Positions 50,223 through 59,977 of a DNA stretch of 64,000 nucleotides are shown piece after piece. A program made the position numbers and the translations under genes. Numbering within the stretch: position 1 is the first letter of the stretch; each line of letters opens with the position of its first letter. Location: the NCBI RefSeq assembly GCF_050320075.1, contig NZ_CP190018.1; one strand, 5' to 3'. Below the pieces are notes generated by a model. It saw nothing but the letters and a program-made list of their open reading frames with translations. It made no database searches and had not been told where the DNA came from. Origin of the DNA: Escherichia coli. Lineage in GTDB: Bacteria; Pseudomonadota; Gammaproteobacteria; Enterobacterales; Enterobacteriaceae.

Positions 50223-52843
50223 TGCCAGTCGTACCAACAGTATCCGGACGTCAGGTTGAGAGCCGTGGAGTTCAGTCAGCAGGCTTGCAGATGTTTTCTC
50301 AGCCAGGTATTGGTGATGCTTTTGTTCTGGCAGGGGCAGAGGCTATTGATGTTCTGGGTCAGGCAAAACAGCGTGCCAATATTGCCTTGGTTCAGGAGGC
50401 ATCCCTTAAACTCAGTCAGACAGGCAGCGATCTGCTGAATAACCCTGAAACAGGTTTGCTTAACCTGAAAGGGAAAAATGCTATTGGAAAAGGTCAGGAG
50501 TATACGCAGCAGTTTGATGCTCAGGTCGAACAACTGGCTATGTCGCTGCCGGATGAACAGGCTCGTAATGCTTTCATGCAGCAGGCGCAGCAGCAGCGCA
50601 TTCAGTTCACTACGCAGGCCGGGAGGTACGAAATAGGACAGGTTCGCCAGTATGAGGCGGATATGCAGGATGCGACACTAAAAAACCTATCGATGCAGTT
50701 CCGTAACCCGACAATGGCAAACCAGGCAGGATTGAAGGCATATCATAGCATCATCGCTTACGGAGAAGCCCACGGCCAGAGTCAGGAAGAGATCGAACAG
50801 AACTGGGTTTCGTGGCGCGAGAATGCCGCGAACGGTGCGGCGGAGGCGTGGTATGTGCCGATGTATCAACAGATGATGGGTCCGAACGGCAAGATTGAGG
50901 TAACCGATACACCGAGTGAGGCGCAGTTATTCTCTGCAATAATCTGGCAGGAGAGTGGCGGAAATCAGTACGGAAAGGACGGAACACCTCTGGTGTCGCC
51001 AAAAGGCGCTGTTGGCGTAGCGCAGGTGACGGAAGATACTGGCCCCGAAGCTGCCCGCCTTGCTGGCGTGCCGTGGGACCGCGATAAATGGTTGAATGAC
51101 CCGCGCTATAATGCCCGCTTGGGGCAAGCTTATTTCGGCGCGCAGATGAAGAAATACGACAATAACCCGGTTCTGGCAGTAGCTGCCTATAACGCTGGCC
51201 CAGGAAAGGTTGACGGCTGGATTAAACAGATTGGCGATCCGCGCACAGGCGAAGTCAGTAACGCCCAGTTTGCCGCAGCTATCCCATACGACGAGACGCG
51301 CAATTATGTGGCAAAAGTAACTGGCAGTGCTGGAGCTATTCCTGGATCTGCGACGATGGAAAACCTCATCGCACAGCCATTCTGGAACGCCATGAGTCCG
51401 GACAAAAAGTCGCAGATGATGAGCAAGGTTGCTGGCATGTACGACATGCAGGCTTCAGCCGGTCGCGTTGCGCTACAGAGTCGAATGCAGGACGACCTAT
51501 CCAAAATTGAGGCCGGTAAGCAGGTGACGCCTATTTCAGCGCACGAATGGGCCGCCGTTATGCCGCTTCAGGCAGCGCCTGCCGAGCGCCTGCAGATGGA
51601 AAAAACCTTCCAGCAATACCAGCAGGCAATGACGCTACAACCTGTTTATCAGACCATTATGCAGGGCAACGTCCAGCAGGGTACCGCCGCCGTGCAGGCA
51701 ATGGCACCGCAGGAAAACGACCCTGACTTTAAATACAAAGCAGAGCTTTATGCATCGGCAAAGGTCAAGCTTGGGCAGGTACTGAAGGCGCGGGAAGCGG
51801 ATCCGGGGGCATGGCTGCAACAAAACTCTCCGGTTGTGCAGGCTGCATTCCAGCAGTACCTGAATGACCCTTCATCTGGTGAATACCTAGTTTCCCGCAT
51901 ACAGTCTGAAAAAGACCGCCTGGGGATAATGAGCAAAAAAGTTTTACCGGAGTCCATGGTCAACGACGTACTGCAGCGTATTGACAACACGCAGGAATCT
52001 AGCGTAAAGGCCATTCAGTCGGTGGCGCAGTCGTTCGGCAAATACTCGGATCAGGTGATGCGGCAGGTGCAAAATAAAGCATTCCCAGCTTTAAAGGTTG
52101 TAATGTCTACAGAAAACCAACGGGCAGCAGATGCGTTGTGGCAAATACGGAATGTACCTACTTCTGATTTGAGATCTGGTTTGGATAAAAACCAGGCAGA
52201 CAGTGCAGACTCATCGTGGACAGATCAATTTAAAGATTTTTCTTCAACTCTTATTCCTCAGAGAAATGGTGCTGAAAACTGGACTATTTATAACGAGCAG
52301 GGAAAACGCTTGACCTACAACTACATGCAGCGCGGAATGTCGGCGTCTGATGCAGCAAAACAGGCGTATCAGGACCTTCTCGGCGAGCAGTACCAGACCA
52401 ATGGCACTTGGCGGCTACCTAATCGTGCAGGGGTAGATATTCGTGACGTTAACGATGGTGCCAATGCGTATCTGAAAAACCTGTCAGCAGATCAGATTAT
52501 GCCGCTTATTGGTGACCCAAGGCTACCTGATGAGGTCAACCGTGAGCAGAGTATCTCCCGCATTCGTGATAATGCGCAGTGGGTTACCAACAGCGACGAA
52601 ACAGGACTTACCCTGATGCTCAACGGGCTGATCGTCAACGGTGCCGACGGCAACTCGATTACGGTGACGTTCAACGATCTGGCGAAACTGGGAACAACCA
52701 ACCGATCAGTATGGAACCGCATTACCAAGTTCATTGATACTCCGGTGAAATATACTCCCGGACAGTCTAAGGAATACAGCGCAGAAAGTCAGCGCGACAA
52801 CCTGATTAACATTTTCCAGAACGGCCAGCAATCAGGACGATAA
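50222..52843 (+). CDS. internal virion/ejection protein with lytic transglycosylase (SLT) domain
   Basis: ORF 50147-52843; start placed at ATG 50222; SLT motifs ...WQESGGNQ...GAVGVAQVT...AYNAGPGKV. Confidence 0.75.
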   Translation: MPVVPTVSGRQVESRGVQSAGLQMFSQPGIGDAFVLAGAEAIDVLGQAKQRANIALVQEASLKLSQTGSDLLNNPETGLLNLKGKNAIGKGQEYTQQFDAQVEQLAMSLPDEQARNAFMQQAQQQRIQFTTQAGRYEIGQVRQYEADMQDATLKNLSMQFRNPTMANQAGLKAYHSIIAYGEAHGQSQEEIEQNWVSWRENAANGAAEAWYVPMYQQMMGPNGKIEVTDTPSEAQLFSAIIWQESGGNQYGKDGTPLVSPKGAVGVAQVTEDTGPEAARLAGVPWDRDKWLNDPRYNARLGQAYFGAQMKKYDNNPVLAVAAYNAGPGKVDGWIKQIGDPRTGEVSNAQFAAAIPYDETRNYVAKVTGSAGAIPGSATMENLIAQPFWNAMSPDKKSQMMSKVAGMYDMQASAGRVALQSRMQDDLSKIEAGKQVTPISAHEWAAVMPLQAAPAERLQMEKTFQQYQQAMTLQPVYQTIMQGNVQQGTAAVQAMAPQENDPDFKYKAELYASAKVKLGQVLKAREADPGAWLQQNSPVVQAAFQQYLNDPSSGEYLVSRIQSEKDRLGIMSKKVLPESMVNDVLQRIDNTQESSVKAIQSVAQSFGKYSDQVMRQVQNKAFPALKVVMSTENQRAADALWQIRNVPTSDLRSGLDKNQADSADSSWTDQFKDFSSTLIPQRNGAENWTIYNEQGKRLTYNYMQRGMSASDAAKQAYQDLLGEQYQTNGTWRLPNRAGVDIRDVNDGANAYLKNLSADQIMPLIGDPRLPDEVNREQSISRIRDNAQWVTNSDETGLTLMLNGLIVNGADGNSITVTFNDLAKLGTTNRSVWNRITKFIDTPVKYTPGQSKEYSAESQRDNLINIFQNGQQSGR

Positions 52844-52844
52844 C

Positions 52845-54542
52845 ATGCCAATTTACACAGATGATCCGGGACAGGGCATTAACCAGCCAATTGGCAACGC
52901 GCCAGCAGGGCTTGGCGAATCGCTGCTTTCTTCCCTTAAGCAGGGATTTGAAGAGGGGCCGGTCATGTCCGGCTACCGCTTTGCGCAGGTCGACTCGCTG
53001 GCGAATGACCCAAACTCTACAGTTATCAGTAAGCAGGACGCAGATGAGCTCCTGAAGCAGTACGGCGTAAAGAGCATAAACGTGCCAGATTCTGGCGTTA
53101 CGCAGGCTTTTCTCGATCATGTTATTGCCGAACGCAAAGATTCTCTGGCACGCCAGCAGATTGCGATGTCGGCACCGAGCGGGTGGGTAGCCACGCCGCT
53201 TAATTTCGCAGCCAGCCTAGCTGGTTCAATGGCAGATCCTGGTAACGTGGCGCTGGCGCTGGTTCCGTTCGCTGGAGAAGCAAAGGCAGCTTCTGTGCTT
53301 GGCCGATTTGGCGAGCGATTTGTTGCGGGTGCACGCATGGGGGCAGCGCAGGCGGTGGTGACCGTGCCGTTTACCGGGCTGGCAGCGGCGGCGGAAGGTG
53401 ACGACTTCACCTATAGCAACGCGTTGGAAAGTACTTTCTTTAACACGATGGCTGGCGGTCTAATGCATGCCGGCGGCGGCCTTATCGCCGATATCGTGCG
53501 ACCGCGTCGCGTTCCCGATGCTGCAACGGGAGAGTCCCCGGCGTTTTCTGGCGATGCGCAGCCAACCCCGGTGATAACGCCTGACAACATTCCGGCGGGC
53601 GTGAATATCCCTGAGGTTGGCGCTAACGCAGATCTGGCGGCGGCCATTTCCAGTGAAGCGGAGAGCTACGCATACAGCCGGGCTTATGACGACGTGGTTC
53701 CTGACTATATGGCGCGCCAGCAGGAGTTACAGAGCGGACAGATCGGTAACGTTGCCGACCTGCGTGCCGAGCTTGCGGCTAATCAACGTCATGCTGACTC
53801 GCTTGATGCGACTCTGCAGCAGCGCACCAAAAAGTATCAGGGGCAGCGGATGAAGTTTAAGGATGCGCGCTCTAGGGCACTGAAAGAGATTCAGGCCGAG
53901 AAAGACGCCATCGCTGCACGCAATCAGGAGATCAACACATCGCTGGAGCAGAACGCGACAGCAGAGCAGGCGCGCTGGCACCAGTCTCAGATTTCCCGCG
54001 GCGAGATCCCCGACGACCTGAAAGTCACCATTTCCGAGCGTGCGCAGCAGATCCTGGACGGCATGCAGATGTCGCCGATCGCTGGCGCAGTTCGCACTGC
54101 CGCAAGCGCCATCAGGGATGCTGACTGGAGCGTGAACCAGCAGGCGTATCGCGCTGCGCTGGCACACATGATGGAAGGACGTAGCCCAGATGTTGAGCCC
54201 TTCTATGAACTGCACAAATCGGCACTGCGTGAACGCGCCATCCATCGCATACAGAACCCGGCACGGCAGGTTGATGAAACGGCTCGCCCAGTAAGCGAAA
54301 CAGCCGATCGGGTTTATCAAGAAACGCAAAAGGCAGATCATGAAATTACCGCTGCCGCTGCAGACCTTGATAACGAGCTCAACCTGAGTAACGCCCTGCT
54401 TGACGATATCGCTGTCGATAACCCTGATCTTGCGACCACGTTGCGCCAGAAACTCAATGATATTCGTGCCGACGCCAGCGACAATAGCATGAGCAACGCT
54501 TTCCGGGCATTTGCCGCCTGTATGATTAACCGGGGGATGTGA
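52845..54542 (+). CDS. internal virion/ejection protein
   Basis: 565-aa ORF in the ejection-protein block. Confidence 0.45.
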   Translation: MPIYTDDPGQGINQPIGNAPAGLGESLLSSLKQGFEEGPVMSGYRFAQVDSLANDPNSTVISKQDADELLKQYGVKSINVPDSGVTQAFLDHVIAERKDSLARQQIAMSAPSGWVATPLNFAASLAGSMADPGNVALALVPFAGEAKAASVLGRFGERFVAGARMGAAQAVVTVPFTGLAAAAEGDDFTYSNALESTFFNTMAGGLMHAGGGLIADIVRPRRVPDAATGESPAFSGDAQPTPVITPDNIPAGVNIPEVGANADLAAAISSEAESYAYSRAYDDVVPDYMARQQELQSGQIGNVADLRAELAANQRHADSLDATLQQRTKKYQGQRMKFKDARSRALKEIQAEKDAIAARNQEINTSLEQNATAEQARWHQSQISRGEIPDDLKVTISERAQQILDGMQMSPIAGAVRTAASAIRDADWSVNQQAYRAALAHMMEGRSPDVEPFYELHKSALRERAIHRIQNPARQVDETARPVSETADRVYQETQKADHEITAAAADLDNELNLSNALLDDIAVDNPDLATTLRQKLNDIRADASDNSMSNAFRAFAACMINRGM

Positions 54543-57091
54543 TGGCAGCAAACGAATTTTTGACGCAGTGCGAGCGCAGTGTAAATGCTGCCGCTGGTCG
54601 CGAGCTTTCTTCCGATGAGATGGAGTCGCTGGTGCGTGACATGAACGACACCACTAGGCGAATTCTGGCGACCAATGAGGCGCTGTCTCTGGAAGAGGCC
54701 GCGATGCGCGCAGCGGAAGAACTGAGCAATGCCGATATGCTGGCAAAACAGATTGAGTCCCGCAATAAGGCAATCAACACCCGTATTGCCGCACAACGAC
54801 TTAGAGAGCTTCGTACTATCTGGAAAGACCGCCCGGATATCGGGCTTGAAGCAATGCTGGTTGGCCGCAACGATGCGCGTACCGGCGCCCGCCGGTCGGT
54901 ATCTTCGGAGGTGGCGCAACTGCGCGGCAAGTATCATTCCGGTATCAACTACGATTTTGACCGTGCCGGGCTGGTGCAATTCATCGCCAGCGGCAGCAAT
55001 GACAGGGAAATTGCCGATGCAATGTGGCGCATAGGGCGCGGGCAGTCAACTGACGGTATGACAAGGCAATCCGTAAGCGCTGCACAAATCATCATGAAAT
55101 GGCAGGAAACTGCGCACATTGATGAGAACCGCGCCGGGGCATGGATACGCAAAGAGCCGGGCTATATAGTGCGCCAGTCACACGACATCATGAAGATCCG
55201 CGCCGCAGGTTATGAAGCATGGCGAAATGCTATTCTCCCGCGCCTTGATGAGCGCACTTTTGACGGCGTGGCTGACCGCGAGCAGTTCATGCGTAACATT
55301 TATAACGGGCTGGCTTCCGGCGTGCATCTTACATCTGAAAAGCCCGATTGGATGAATGGCTTTAAGGGATCGGCGAACGCAGCTAAACGCGCCAGCCAAG
55401 AGCGAATTTTGCACTTCAAAGATGGTATCTCGTGGCACGAGTACAACCAGCAATTCGGCACCGGCAGCCTGCGAGAGGCGCTGTTTGGTGGCTTAAACAG
55501 CGCTGCCCGCACAACGGGCATGATGCGCGTACTGGGCACTAACCCACAGAACATGTTTAAGTACCTGACGGACACCATTGCTGAAGATATCAGCAAATCC
55601 GGAAGACCGGCAGCGTTGGCTGACTACATGACGAAGGTGCGTCGCATTAACCGTACCGTAATGCCGCAGGTTGACGGCTCGCTAAATATTCCTGGCAGCG
55701 TAGGCTGGGCCAATGCGTCGGCGGCTGTACGCGGCTGGTTGCGTATGAGCCAGCTTGGTGGCGCGGTAATCTCATCGTTTAACGACGTGCCTATCGCCGC
55801 TACCGAGATGCGCTACCAAGGGCAGAATTTTATGCAGGCGTTGCTTGGTGCTATGAGAGGCCGCTTCACGCGTTACAACAGCGCGGAGCAGAAAGAGATC
55901 CTTTCCTCTATCGGAGTTTATTCCGACTCCATGACGCAGGAAATCATCCGGCGTATATCTGGTGATGACACGCTGAATGGAAAACTTGGTCGCGCGCAGC
56001 AGCTTTTCTTTAAGTACAACCTCATGAACTTCTGGACCGAGAGCGGTCGCAACAGCAACGCCATGATGATAACCAACTGGCTTGCAAAGAATGCTGACCA
56101 GCCTCATGCGCGGCTACCGGAAGACCTGCGACGCGTGCTGGATCTGCACGGTATTGGCGAACGTGAGTGGGAAATTTTTCGCAACATGGACATGGCCGAT
56201 AGCGAAGGTCGTAAGTTCATGACGACCAGCGGCATCCGCGGCGTGCCTGACGAAGTGATTGCCGGTTATGTAGAGAGTAAGGGGATCAAGCCAACGCAGC
56301 GCGCTATCGCTGACGCACGCGATCAATTGGAAGGGCAGTTGCGCGGCTACATCCTTGACCGCCTGAATATCGCCATGTCAGAGCCTGGCGATCGCACGCA
56401 GGCGTTTATGAAGATGGGCACGGTGCCAGGAACGGTGGCTGGGGAAGCAATACGATTCGCTGGTCAGTACAAATCGTTCACTGCAAGCTTCATGCAGAAC
56501 GTACTAGGACGCGAAGTATTCGGGCGTGGTTATATTCCTGCTGGGCTTGGTGAGTCGAAAACCGGATCGCTGACGAATGCTCTGCTGCGTAACGGGAAGG
56601 GGGCTTTCCTTGGTGCTGCAAACCTCTTTGTCTGGGCGACTATGTTTGGTTATATCTCCATGCAGTCAAAACTCATGCTGAAAGGGCAAACACCACGCCC
56701 GGCAGATGCCAAGACGTTTCTCGCAGCCGCATCTCAGGGGGGCGGTCTTGGCATCTTGGGTGACTTCATGTTTGGCGAGGTCAACCGCATGGGGGCCGGG
56801 CCGGTTACGTCGCTAATGGGACCGGCAGCATCGAACGCTGACAGCATTATCACGCTGCTCCAGCAGACCACGAGAGGGGATGCAGATTTGGGTGACTGGT
56901 ATCGCACGGCACTTGACAATACGCCATTCCTCAACGTGTTCTGGCTTCGTACGGCGATGAATGGTTTAATATTGAACCGGATACAAGATGCCCTTGACCC
57001 AGGCTCTCTTGAGCGTTATCAGCGCCGTGTTGAGCGTGAGCAGGGTAACGAATTTCTGATCCCACCATCGCAGTTCATGCTAGGGAAGTAA
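54542..57091 (+). CDS. internal virion/ejection protein (large)
   Basis: ORF 54539-57091; ATG 54542 overlaps the upstream stop. Confidence 0.45.
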   Translation: MAANEFLTQCERSVNAAAGRELSSDEMESLVRDMNDTTRRILATNEALSLEEAAMRAAEELSNADMLAKQIESRNKAINTRIAAQRLRELRTIWKDRPDIGLEAMLVGRNDARTGARRSVSSEVAQLRGKYHSGINYDFDRAGLVQFIASGSNDREIADAMWRIGRGQSTDGMTRQSVSAAQIIMKWQETAHIDENRAGAWIRKEPGYIVRQSHDIMKIRAAGYEAWRNAILPRLDERTFDGVADREQFMRNIYNGLASGVHLTSEKPDWMNGFKGSANAAKRASQERILHFKDGISWHEYNQQFGTGSLREALFGGLNSAARTTGMMRVLGTNPQNMFKYLTDTIAEDISKSGRPAALADYMTKVRRINRTVMPQVDGSLNIPGSVGWANASAAVRGWLRMSQLGGAVISSFNDVPIAATEMRYQGQNFMQALLGAMRGRFTRYNSAEQKEILSSIGVYSDSMTQEIIRRISGDDTLNGKLGRAQQLFFKYNLMNFWTESGRNSNAMMITNWLAKNADQPHARLPEDLRRVLDLHGIGEREWEIFRNMDMADSEGRKFMTTSGIRGVPDEVIAGYVESKGIKPTQRAIADARDQLEGQLRGYILDRLNIAMSEPGDRTQAFMKMGTVPGTVAGEAIRFAGQYKSFTASFMQNVLGREVFGRGYIPAGLGESKTGSLTNALLRNGKGAFLGAANLFVWATMFGYISMQSKLMLKGQTPRPADAKTFLAAASQGGGLGILGDFMFGEVNRMGAGPVTSLMGPAASNADSIITLLQQTTRGDADLGDWYRTALDNTPFLNVFWLRTAMNGLILNRIQDALDPGSLERYQRRVEREQGNEFLIPPSQFMLGK

Positions 57092-57092
57092 T

Positions 57093-57464
57093 ATGAACAG
57101 AATTATATTAATGATTATTCTTATGCTTTTAGCTGTAAAATCTTTTGCAGATACTACCTCACCGTTAATGATTCAGCCTAAAAATGGGGAAACACTGGAG
57201 GACTCTAAAAAGCATACAATGGAATATTTTGGATGTATAAAAGGGCAGGCCGTAAAATACGCTAAGACAGGAGAAAGTGTTGATTCTATATCCAAAGCTT
57301 CGGTTGTGTCATGCGAGTCGTACATACAAAAGATTGCTGAATCAAATATATACTATTTAAATTCCTCTCAAGACGGTAAGCGGAAATTTATTGGAAGGCT
57401 TAAATCAGATGGTGAAAATTTAGCAACGAAATTTGCTATGGATGAAAAGCTAAAAAATAAATAG
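57093..57464 (+). CDS. secreted protein of unknown function (moron)
   Basis: 123-aa ORF with N-terminal signal peptide MNRIILMIILMLLAVKSFA; conspicuously AT-rich coding sequence. Confidence 0.5.
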   Translation: MNRIILMIILMLLAVKSFADTTSPLMIQPKNGETLEDSKKHTMEYFGCIKGQAVKYAKTGESVDSISKASVVSCESYIQKIAESNIYYLNSSQDGKRKFIGRLKSDGENLATKFAMDEKLKNK

Positions 57465-57471
57465 GTGACAC

Positions 57472-57768
57472 ATGCAAGCGATAGGATTCATTGTTTATAT
57501 CGTCGTTGGTCTTTTTCAGTTGGCAGCAATTATGGCTGGGCTTGAATCATGGTGGGGATTGCACTGGATAATTGCAGCCCCCATTGCTTTCATCGTGAGC
57601 TATATTCCATTTGTTGGAGCGATTGTTGGTATGGTTGGTGCTGTGGATGTATGGCGGTGGGAGTGGTGGCAGGCTGGCCTTCTCTTCTTTGGTGGGATCA
57701 TCTTTGCTATTGTCTGCGGTGGAATGTCATCATTTTTCGAACGGCTATCATTCAGAAAAGGAACGTGA
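57472..57768 (+). CDS. small inner-membrane protein (moron)
   Basis: 98-aa ORF with three hydrophobic helices; AGGTGA SD; stop codon inside a GTGACATGTCAC palindrome. Confidence 0.5.
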   Translation: MQAIGFIVYIVVGLFQLAAIMAGLESWWGLHWIIAAPIAFIVSYIPFVGAIVGMVGAVDVWRWEWWQAGLLFFGGIIFAIVCGGMSSFFERLSFRKGT

Positions 57769-57800
57769 CATGTCACAGGCCGCTTTCGCGGCCTTGTTTT

Positions 57801-57959
57801 TAACGAATGCCACCGCCACCCGGGCGGGAATCCGCAGAACGCCCACCGCAGCGGGAGCCGTCAGCGGCAGTATCGCTGTCGTGCTGACAACGACCGGCAA
57901 AGGCCTGAGTTGAAGCTACCAGAGACAACAAAACGAACAGTGCAGCAAATGCTTTTTTC
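57801..57959 (-). CDS. small secreted Cys-containing peptide (about 52 aa)
   Basis: Manual translation MKKAFAALFVLLSLVASTQAFAGRCQHDSDTAADGSRCGG...; signal peptide; terminator hairpin ggccgcgaaagcggcc right after the stop. Confidence 0.35.
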
Positions 57960-58030
57960 ATTGTGAAATTTCCATCTATAAGCCACCTCAATGTGGCGTC
58001 AATGAGTGTAGCACTGACTTTTGTTTCGTC

Positions 58031-58054
58031 CACAAAAAAGCCCGCAGCGCGGGC
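58031..58054 (-). terminator. intrinsic terminator after the DUF2335-like gene
   Basis: Hairpin gcccgcagcgcgggc followed on the minus strand by a U-run. Confidence 0.55.
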
Positions 58055-58603
58055 TTACTTTTCTTCAGGTTTGTTGTCTTCAGATTTCTTCTTGATGCTT
58101 GGTTTTTGTCTAAGAACGAAAATACCAGCCACTGCAACAACTGTACCGATCACTGTGCCAGCTAGAACTTCATGACCTGTTAAACCTAATAATGTTGCAC
58201 AAGCTACTGTAAAAATAGTTGCACTCAGGCCAAACCACTGCCCACGTTTATCTCTATTAATAGCCCCGTCAAGTGCCTTTTCCTCCATTTTCTGGCGGTG
58301 AGCAAACTCCTTCTCCGTCAGCTGGAAGATGCGTTCGGGGGCATCAGGTAAAATATCCTGATACCCGCGAAGCAGATAGGGGGGAGGAAGCGGACCCTGA
58401 AACGCATGGTGAGCGACAACTATCTCCTGAATTTCAGGGCGATCAAGAACTCTTGTGAAGGCATCTGGGTGTTGAATGATCTCGTTACTTAGCCCTTCCT
58501 CAACTTCCTCGAACTCAGTTTCTTCGTTATCACTTGGTTGCCCAATAGATTTTTGCATATTTGTCGAAGGACATTCCTTTAGCTTCTGGTTTTCCTCTTG
58601 CAT
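58055..58603 (-). CDS. membrane protein, DUF2335-like
   Basis: 182-aa protein: acidic N-terminus, PLPPPYLLRGY...ERIFQLTEKEFAHRQKMEEKALD...RGQWFG motif, two C-terminal transmembrane helices. Confidence 0.5.
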   Translation of the reverse strand: MQEENQKLKECPSTNMQKSIGQPSDNEETEFEEVEEGLSNEIIQHPDAFTRVLDRPEIQEIVVAHHAFQGPLPPPYLLRGYQDILPDAPERIFQLTEKEFAHRQKMEEKALDGAINRDKRGQWFGLSATIFTVACATLLGLTGHEVLAGTVIGTVVAVAGIFVLRQKPSIKKKSEDNKPEEK

Positions 58604-58871
58604 TTGAGTTTTTCCCTGTCACTATTGCCCATTTTCCGCCAGCAGGCGCTGCAATTTTTTTTCCGTTCTTTACTATATATTCAGCATAAACACGATTTTC
58701 TGACCGTCTGAGATCGTCTCCGACCATATTCATGTCTCTTGATATAACTTTGACGACAGAGTCTCGGTTTAAAGCCTTGGCATAGTTGGAGCCAGGAACG
58801 ATACCCAAAGGGGTGCCAGACTCTATAGCCAGCTCCTTGACATATCTTCTGCTCATATGAACCTCAACCAA
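58530..58871 (-). CDS. hypothetical protein; overlaps the start of the downstream DUF2335-like gene in another frame
   Basis: 113-aa ORF; real extent uncertain because of the 74-nt out-of-frame overlap. Confidence 0.35.
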   Translation of the reverse strand: MVEVHMSRRYVKELAIESGTPLGIVPGSNYAKALNRDSVVKVISRDMNMVGDDLRRSENRVYAEYIVKNGKKIAAPAGGKWAIVTGKNSNARGKPEAKGMSFDKYAKIYWATK

Positions 58872-58977
58872 TCGACTTTACCAATCGGGTAATTTTAAAC
58901 ATGAGTATAATGCTTTTAACTGCAACGAGTGTAAACAATTATTGATAATTGTAGGCACATCCCTGTGCCGCCGCCCG

Positions 58978-59664
58978 TCAGAAGAACCCTGCTTTGTCGT
59001 TGATGTACTCCGCGTGCGTCTGGATATCACGCAGGCATTTACTCACACCGACGATGTAGCAGAACATGGTGGTCAACTCCGCCGCCGCGCCCGATACGTC
59101 GTGCCCGTCGTCCTGTAACTGGTTCAGCAAATTCATCAGCAGTGAGTTCTCCGTCAGGCCGAGAACACCAGACGGCGAATGAATCAGGCTACGGTAGCCG
59201 GGCTTCAGTGGGGCGCTGTAGGTTTTGTTCTCTATCTTCATTGCCTGCATCACTGCTGATGCTGTGGCGTTGGCTACCTGGTCGGCAACCATCTTTATGC
59301 GTTCTTCCTGCGGGAGCGAGTTTTTAATGTAACTTCCGGTGCGGCGGATCTGAGGAAGAACCTCACCTGTAACCCATTTGCGAAAGCGGTAGGGGATAGT
59401 GCCTGGTGTTACTGCATCGCGGCAGCGGAGGATCAGTGTGTAGAGGCCTGACTCGTTGATAATATTGGTTTCGCCTTGACGGCCTAAGTTAAATTTAGCC
59501 CTTTCATCATCATCAAGAGATTTTATTGACATAGTGGGGTTTGTCAGTTGAAGAGCTTTAATAACGTCTTTGGCAACAAACCAAGGATTTCCATCAATAA
59601 CAATGGCTCGAATGGTTGCTTCTGATTCAAAATGAAAAACAGATGGGGTTACGTTAGCAGTCAT
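58978..59664 (-). CDS. antirepressor (Bro-N domain protein)
   Basis: ORF 58978-59817; start placed at the ATG giving MTANVTPSVFHFESEATIRAIVIDGNPWFVAKDVIKALQL... (Bro-N signature); AAGGTGA SD. Confidence 0.7.
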   Translation of the reverse strand: MTANVTPSVFHFESEATIRAIVIDGNPWFVAKDVIKALQLTNPTMSIKSLDDDERAKFNLGRQGETNIINESGLYTLILRCRDAVTPGTIPYRFRKWVTGEVLPQIRRTGSYIKNSLPQEERIKMVADQVANATASAVMQAMKIENKTYSAPLKPGYRSLIHSPSGVLGLTENSLLMNLLNQLQDDGHDVSGAAAELTTMFCYIVGVSKCLRDIQTHAEYINDKAGFF

Positions 59665-59817
59665 AGTGATCACCTTTGTAGTTAGGTTAATCACCACTAC
59701 CGACGCCAATCGGTTGGTGGTGAACTGTGCAGGGTTGGCGTAACCGGCTACAAAGGACCCGGCGCACCTTTCGGTGCCCCCACACAGCCCACCATAGAAT
59801 AGGTGCGCTTTACACAT

Positions 59818-59838
59818 AAAAAAAACCGCTTATGCGGC
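59818..59838 (-). terminator. intrinsic terminator after the 90-aa gene
   Basis: Hairpin ccgcataagcgg followed on the minus strand by eight U. Confidence 0.5.
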
Positions 59839-59977
59839 ATATGTGCCTCTGTAGTAACTCGGGACGCCAATCCCGGCACTGGATTTTGCCAGTGCCCGAT
59901 TACTATGGCACAAGAGGAGTGCGTTGTAAATTTACCGCAAAGGTAAATATAAGCACTCCACTTGGCAATTGCAAACC

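Noticed and set aside
42390-54979. Long antisense ORFs within portal, tail tube and ejection genes (for example 42390-43127, 46481-47185, 53727-54551, 54338-54979)
   Set aside because: Each lies wholly inside a long, translationally coupled sense gene of the structural operon; composition is consistent with shadow frames.
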